From positions 23,764 to 87,763 of the forward strand of contig CAZSWP010000010.1 in the NCBI GenBank assembly GCA_964610875.1: a DNA stretch of 64,000 nucleotides, in the 5' to 3' direction. Positions within the stretch are counted from its first letter, which is position 1; the number at the start of each line of letters is the position of its first letter. Shown here piece by piece: positions 59,574 through 64,000 of the stretch. Source of the DNA: an uncultured archaeon. GTDB taxonomy: Archaea; Asgardarchaeota; Thorarchaeia; Thorarchaeales; Thorarchaeaceae. The notes beneath the pieces are model-generated. The model was not told the DNA's origin, searched no databases, and saw only the letters and a program-made list of their open reading frames with translations. The position numbers and the translations under genes are program-made.

Positions 59574-60608
59574 TTGCCAGTGTGCTTCTTGCTGATATCT
59601 GTGTCAATTAACATTCTTGATGATGGACGAGAGATTCTCGAAGCGCCAAAAGACGAGTTTGACATCTGGATGAGAAAAGCTTACGAATCACGTATTAGAG
59701 AGTATGGCAATGCACTCTTGTGTTACAGTCCCACGGGATATCCCTATAAAATTGAATCCCATCAACATGAAAACCCACACTCATTTGCCTCACTCAGTGT
59801 AACAGGAACTGCATGTTCACTTAATTGTGAACATTGTAGCGGAGTACTCCTTCGCGGCATGCAGCCTACAATGACACCGGAAGCTCTCTATGAACGGTGT
59901 TCTGAAATCAAACAAAAAGGAGGAGAGGGTGTACTAATCAGTGGAGGTTCAGACTCAAGAGGACATGTTCCCTTGTTGAGGTTTGGACCAGTATTCAAAC
60001 GCATAAAAAACGACTTGGGTTTACGGGTAGTAGTTCATACTGGTCTTGTTGACAGTGAAACTGCTCAGATGCTTGGAGATACTGATATAGATGCTGCGAT
60101 GTTGGATGTCATTGGTGATAATGAAGTAGCTAAGACTGTGTATCATATAGATGATGGGCCTGAGAAGATCAAGAAGTCGCTAGATTTGCTAGTATCTCGA
60201 GGTATTCCAATTGCTCCTCATATCATGGTTGGGATGAATTACGGAAAGCTTGGTGGTGAATTAGAAGCGCTTAAAATAGCCATAGATCGTGATCCTGCAG
60301 CATTAGTGATTATTGTTCTTAGTCCCCAGAGAAATACACCTATGCAAGGATTGAATCCTCCTAGTCCTGAACTCGTATCTCGCATATTGACAATTGCTAG
60401 ATTGGGTGCAGAAAAAACACCTCTTCTCTTAGGTTGCGCTCGACCAATTGGGAATCACAAGATTGACACTGATCTAGGCGCCATAAAATCAGGTGTGAAT
60501 GGTATTGCTTATATTAGTCAAGAAGGAGTCAATTTTGCAAAAGAAATTGGACTAAAGCCAGTGTTTATGGATGTGTGTTGTAGTCTTGCCCATATTCATC
60601 TTGATTAA
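59574..60608 (+). CDS. Radical SAM protein (biotin-synthase-related)
   Basis: CSLNCEHC, LISGG, HTG, LGCARP, C-terminal CC. Confidence 0.88.
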   Translation: MPVCFLLISVSINILDDGREILEAPKDEFDIWMRKAYESRIREYGNALLCYSPTGYPYKIESHQHENPHSFASLSVTGTACSLNCEHCSGVLLRGMQPTMTPEALYERCSEIKQKGGEGVLISGGSDSRGHVPLLRFGPVFKRIKNDLGLRVVVHTGLVDSETAQMLGDTDIDAAMLDVIGDNEVAKTVYHIDDGPEKIKKSLDLLVSRGIPIAPHIMVGMNYGKLGGELEALKIAIDRDPAALVIIVLSPQRNTPMQGLNPPSPELVSRILTIARLGAEKTPLLLGCARPIGNHKIDTDLGAIKSGVNGIAYISQEGVNFAKEIGLKPVFMDVCCSLAHIHLD

Positions 60609-61146
60609 GCCGTTGCTCTGTAATCAAACCCGAAATCTCATACCCAAAATCAAACATCCAGAGTCCTAGTGCCACAAAGAAGAAATCCGGCCAAGCAATT
60701 GATAACAATAGTGCAACCAGTTTCAAAGTGAATCGATATTGAAAGAATGTCTGGGCAGTTGGATTTCTTCTGCGATCTACCCAATCATTTCCACGTTCAT
60801 CAAGAATTGCTGACAATAATAGCATAATGAGTACAGCCATCCACTCTAGGATGTCTACTATTTCAGGTATACCTCTAAACATCAGGAGCAATCCAATCAA
60901 TACGAAACCGATGCCAAATTGTACATGGGTTACTTTCCCTGAAACAACAACACCAATGATAATGGCGGTGAAGAGAACAAGATCCCACTGTCCCTCGCTC
61001 ATTAACCAACCAAAACAAAACCCTGATATTCCCAAAGGCGCCCAAGCTAAGTCTGGTATTTCTATTCTGTCTAGAAAATCATCTCCCATTTTTAGACTTA
61101 GACCTGCAAGGAAATATGCCAGATAATAGAAGACCCACTCAATCAA
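60565..61146 (-). CDS. Conserved archaeal membrane protein
   Basis: About six TM helices; K.GDD and DE.GND motifs. Confidence 0.7.
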   Translation of the reverse strand: MIEWVFYYLAYFLAGLSLKMGDDFLDRIEIPDLAWAPLGISGFCFGWLMSEGQWDLVLFTAIIIGVVVSGKVTHVQFGIGFVLIGLLLMFRGIPEIVDILEWMAVLIMLLLSAILDERGNDWVDRRRNPTAQTFFQYRFTLKLVALLLSIAWPDFFFVALGLWMFDFGYEISGLITEQRLNQDEYGQDYNTHP

Positions 61147-61285
61147 TAGATCACCACATTAAGGAATAAGTGACCCCTCAGCCTAACTATGACACATCAT
61201 TGAACATTATGTTCTTCGATAGCCAAAGGTCATCATCGGAGTCATATTTGACTTTGATATATTCACAGATAAGAATTCGTAAATA

Positions 61286-61570
61286 CTACTCAATATGCAG
61301 TGGTGTACCAATAGCCTGACCTGGCAAGTTAGTTCTAAACTTGGCCCGTACTGCGCCACTATTTCCATGTACACCCAATACTTTACCGAGGAATTCCCTT
61401 TCGTTCTCACTAACCCACTTGACTTTCCTTCCTACAAGTGTTGCAGCTTCTGCTTTTGATTCGATTCCATCAAATACCAATATCACTTGATTTGGGTGCT
61501 GTTTATGTTTACCTCTTCGGTAGCTAGTGACAACACCTCTTCGGCCCTTCAATACATCGCTTTTTGACAT
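61286..61570 (-). CDS. rpl35ae: Ribosomal protein eL33 (L35Ae)
   Basis: YRRG...Q, G.V...HGNSGAVRAKF..NLP. Confidence 0.95.
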   Translation of the reverse strand: MSKSDVLKGRRGVVTSYRRGKHKQHPNQVILVFDGIESKAEAATLVGRKVKWVSENEREFLGKVLGVHGNSGAVRAKFRTNLPGQAIGTPLHIE

Positions 61571-61646
61571 TCGGTCATTCCTCTATTCGAGATTCTCGAT
61601 GACGCCTTTGATGAATCATATAAGAGTTGCGAATTGGTTGTATTTC

Positions 61647-62285
61647 TTATCCCGACTTAATTCCTGGTCCTCCTTCCTGATTACTTTCAGTTTCAATATC
61701 CCCTGTCTGAAAGATAGAAGTAAAGGTACGTCTCAGTTCCTCATCAAGGAGCACATCCCGAACTGACCAACCCACTTTATTCTGTTTTTGAGCAATTCTG
61801 AATAGTGCGAACCACGCCTTTCCATCAACCTGAGAACCTCTCATGTATAGGTCTTCAACGATTCTACGTGCAGCCCCAATCTTATCTTCGGCATTGGATA
61901 CCGTGGAAAGGAGATTATTCTCGAGTTTCTGAAGATGTTTTACTCTGTATACCATTTGTATTGCATTAGCTGATGATAATAATACAATTAGTACTATTAG
62001 TGGGATAAAAAGCAGGAACTCTGTCAAAGACACTGTAACCAGTGTTATCAGGACCAGATATACAGTCATTATACTCTCGAAAATAACACCATCTGCTACA
62101 GAATTCTTTACACTCTCTACACTCCAACCATAATACTTAGCAAGAGCACCATTCGGTTTTTGAAAATGTGTGATCGCATCAACATATACGTTTCTTCCTC
62201 TTCTTGCATGCCATAACCAAGCTGTCTGTAAAAACACTGCATTCAACACAAGGAGAATTGAAACATAGGGAAGACTAAGCTGCAT
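61647..62285 (-). CDS. Hypothetical membrane protein
   Basis: Three TM helices, GAGGAG RBS. Confidence 0.7.
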   Translation of the reverse strand: MQLSLPYVSILLVLNAVFLQTAWLWHARRGRNVYVDAITHFQKPNGALAKYYGWSVESVKNSVADGVIFESIMTVYLVLITLVTVSLTEFLLFIPLIVLIVLLSSANAIQMVYRVKHLQKLENNLLSTVSNAEDKIGAARRIVEDLYMRGSQVDGKAWFALFRIAQKQNKVGWSVRDVLLDEELRRTFTSIFQTGDIETESNQEGGPGIKSG

Positions 62286-62344
62286 GACTCTCCTCTAGGG
62301 AATACCCTGTTTAAGCCTATGGTCTTATGCCGAATACTGATTAC

Positions 62345-62507
62345 TTTCGGACACCCGTCCAGGCTATAGTTGTTCATTACGATGTACACGTCATGTCCAC
62401 AAATCTGAACCGCTTTCAAGACATGGGAATCTCAGAGTATTCTCTAGCATGCGCGGGTCTTGGACATATCCTCCCGGAATTGATACCTGGACTCGCGCTC
62501 TCCGAGA
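62345..62507. ncRNA. Candidate structured RNA (long nested hairpin)
   Basis: Six nested helices in the intergenic gap; strand and expression unknown. Confidence 0.3.
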
Positions 62508-62557
62508 TTTTTACCTACGGAATGACTTATCTCAATCTCTATGTGTTTCATTTTTTG

Positions 62558-63490
62558 GTGAATCATGTGGATAGAGTACGTCATATCGAACCACAATCCA
62601 TTAACAGTATACAGGACCTTGTATCATCAATGGACGCTGTTGGTGTGCTAGGTGCAGGTAGATTGGGTCGAGCTGCAAAAATAATGCGTAGGATGTTCGA
62701 TGACGCTGATTGTTTCACATATCTAGCCATGTCCGGTCCAATGGTGCCAGGAGGTCTCCGACATATCATCAGTCATCTTGTGAAAAAAGGTCATATTGAT
62801 GTTATTGTCACCAGCGGAGCAAATATTGTTCATGACTTAGTAGAAGCCTATGGCGGGAATCATCATAGGGTATCACTGGGTCAAACGGATGAAAAGTTAC
62901 GTCATGCTGGCATGGGACGAATCGCAGATATCTATGTGGAAGAGAAACACTTCGAAACATTAGAGAAGAAAATTTATGATTTCCTAGATTCACTATCTCC
63001 AGAACAACATATCTCACTTGCTCCTAGTGAATTCTTACACGAATTAGGCCTAACTCTGGATGATGAAAAATCGATTGTTCATCAGGCTGCATTGAGAAAT
63101 GTTCCGATATTATCCCCTGGTTTGATGGACTCGATGCTTGGTTTTCATCTATTCACATATAGTACGATGAAGACTCTCTCTTTGGATTTTATAAAAGACC
63201 TACGAATCCTTGCAAGCATGGTGAATGTAGTCAAGAAGACTGGGGCAATAATACTTGGTGGAGGTCTCTCAAAGCATTTCACAATGGGAAGTACCATTCT
63301 TCGTGGGGGATTGGACTTAGCATTGCAGATTACTCTTGATCGACCTGAAGCTGGAAGTCTGAGTGGTGCACCCTTGCAAGAAGGTGTATCATGGCAAAAA
63401 GTTCAAACTGAGGCAAGTTTTGAATCAGTGATAGGTGATGCAACAATCATTTTCCCACTACTTGTAATGGCCACTATCGATTCAAAGTAG
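62558..63490 (+). CDS. dys: Deoxyhypusine synthase
   Basis: SG.MV..GLR, TSGAN..HD, GGG..KH, GSLSGA...E.VSW.K, DATI; start probably GTG 62558 or 62567 rather than 62327. Confidence 0.92.
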   Translation: MNHVDRVRHIEPQSINSIQDLVSSMDAVGVLGAGRLGRAAKIMRRMFDDADCFTYLAMSGPMVPGGLRHIISHLVKKGHIDVIVTSGANIVHDLVEAYGGNHHRVSLGQTDEKLRHAGMGRIADIYVEEKHFETLEKKIYDFLDSLSPEQHISLAPSEFLHELGLTLDDEKSIVHQAALRNVPILSPGLMDSMLGFHLFTYSTMKTLSLDFIKDLRILASMVNVVKKTGAIILGGGLSKHFTMGSTILRGGLDLALQITLDRPEAGSLSGAPLQEGVSWQKVQTEASFESVIGDATIIFPLLVMATIDSK

Positions 63491-63574
63491 ATACTTGTCA
63501 ATCATTGCTATCTTAGTAAACCTCTTATACATTGTTAACTATTGATAACTATTGTAGTAATGTGGTGAACACTA

Positions 63575-63976
63575 ATGAGTGGTATAGGTTCTCCTATTCC
63601 TTACAAGAAGGATTCTGTTTTCTTCCAATACTATGTGAAAGACTTTGAACGTGCAAAGAAATTCTATTCTGAAATTCTTGGTTTCGAAAAGACTTGGGAT
63701 GGTGGCGAAGAAGTTGGTTGGATGCAATTTGCTCTTCCAGTTAAGGGTGCTCAACTAGGACTGAATCTTCAACGTGAGGGAGAGGTAAAACAAGGCTCTG
63801 GGACTCTGACACTCGATGTAGAGGACCTAGAAACAACCCGTAACTATCTGACAGACAAGGGCGTACAAGCAGATGTGATAGTAGACGTTCCTGACATGGT
63901 GTCTTACTTCAACATAATCGACCCGGATGGTAATAAAATTCAGATTGTGAGTGATCCAAGAGTAAAGAGCGAGTAA
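63575..63976 (+). CDS. VOC/glyoxalase family protein
   Basis: V.D.ERAK.FY...LG, DV.DL, DPDGN. Confidence 0.88.
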   Translation: MSGIGSPIPYKKDSVFFQYYVKDFERAKKFYSEILGFEKTWDGGEEVGWMQFALPVKGAQLGLNLQREGEVKQGSGTLTLDVEDLETTRNYLTDKGVQADVIVDVPDMVSYFNIIDPDGNKIQIVSDPRVKSE

Positions 63977-64000
63977 TCATTTATTCTCTGTCACACTCCA

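Noticed and set aside
62327-62557. N-terminal extension of deoxyhypusine synthase
   Set aside because: Not DHS-like; a GGTGA RBS and GTG near 62558-62567 give a normal-length protein.

Overview
64 kb of an archaeal chromosome, most likely an Asgard archaeon (Thorarchaeia-like). This is inferred from rps8e, rpl35Ae, archaeal ProRS, DHS and Rqc2, four Roadblock proteins with an MglA-like GTPase, and Sec23/24-like, EMC6-like and PCI proteins. Most of the window is housekeeping or metabolic: proS, MutS-like ATPase, nadC, pyrC, fumarate hydratase with TfrAB, hypA/hypE, smc-scpA-scpB, uppS, ADP-forming acetyl-CoA synthetase and dys. Four items stand out. (1) A ~9.7 kb mosaic insertion (10590-20340) splits a TPR gene at a 7-bp direct repeat (TTCCAGA). 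It carries three diverged copies of the same ~63-nt gene 3' end (two still with a terminator hairpin), which punctuate the cargo like cassette or att sites. (2) Inside the insertion is a candidate head-to-tail cyclic peptide (circular bacteriocin-like) cluster: SpoIIM/DUF95, Yip1, ABC ATPase, permease and a hydrophobic gassericin-like precursor. (3) A tRNA-Asn(GUU) gene is split by four hairpin/BHB-type introns (20665-20863), and a tRNA(CAU) has a non-canonical 43/44 intron. (4) A Roadblock x4 / MglA-like GTPase / Sec23-24-like cluster sits next to smc. All protein calls come from motif recognition by eye; no database searches were run.
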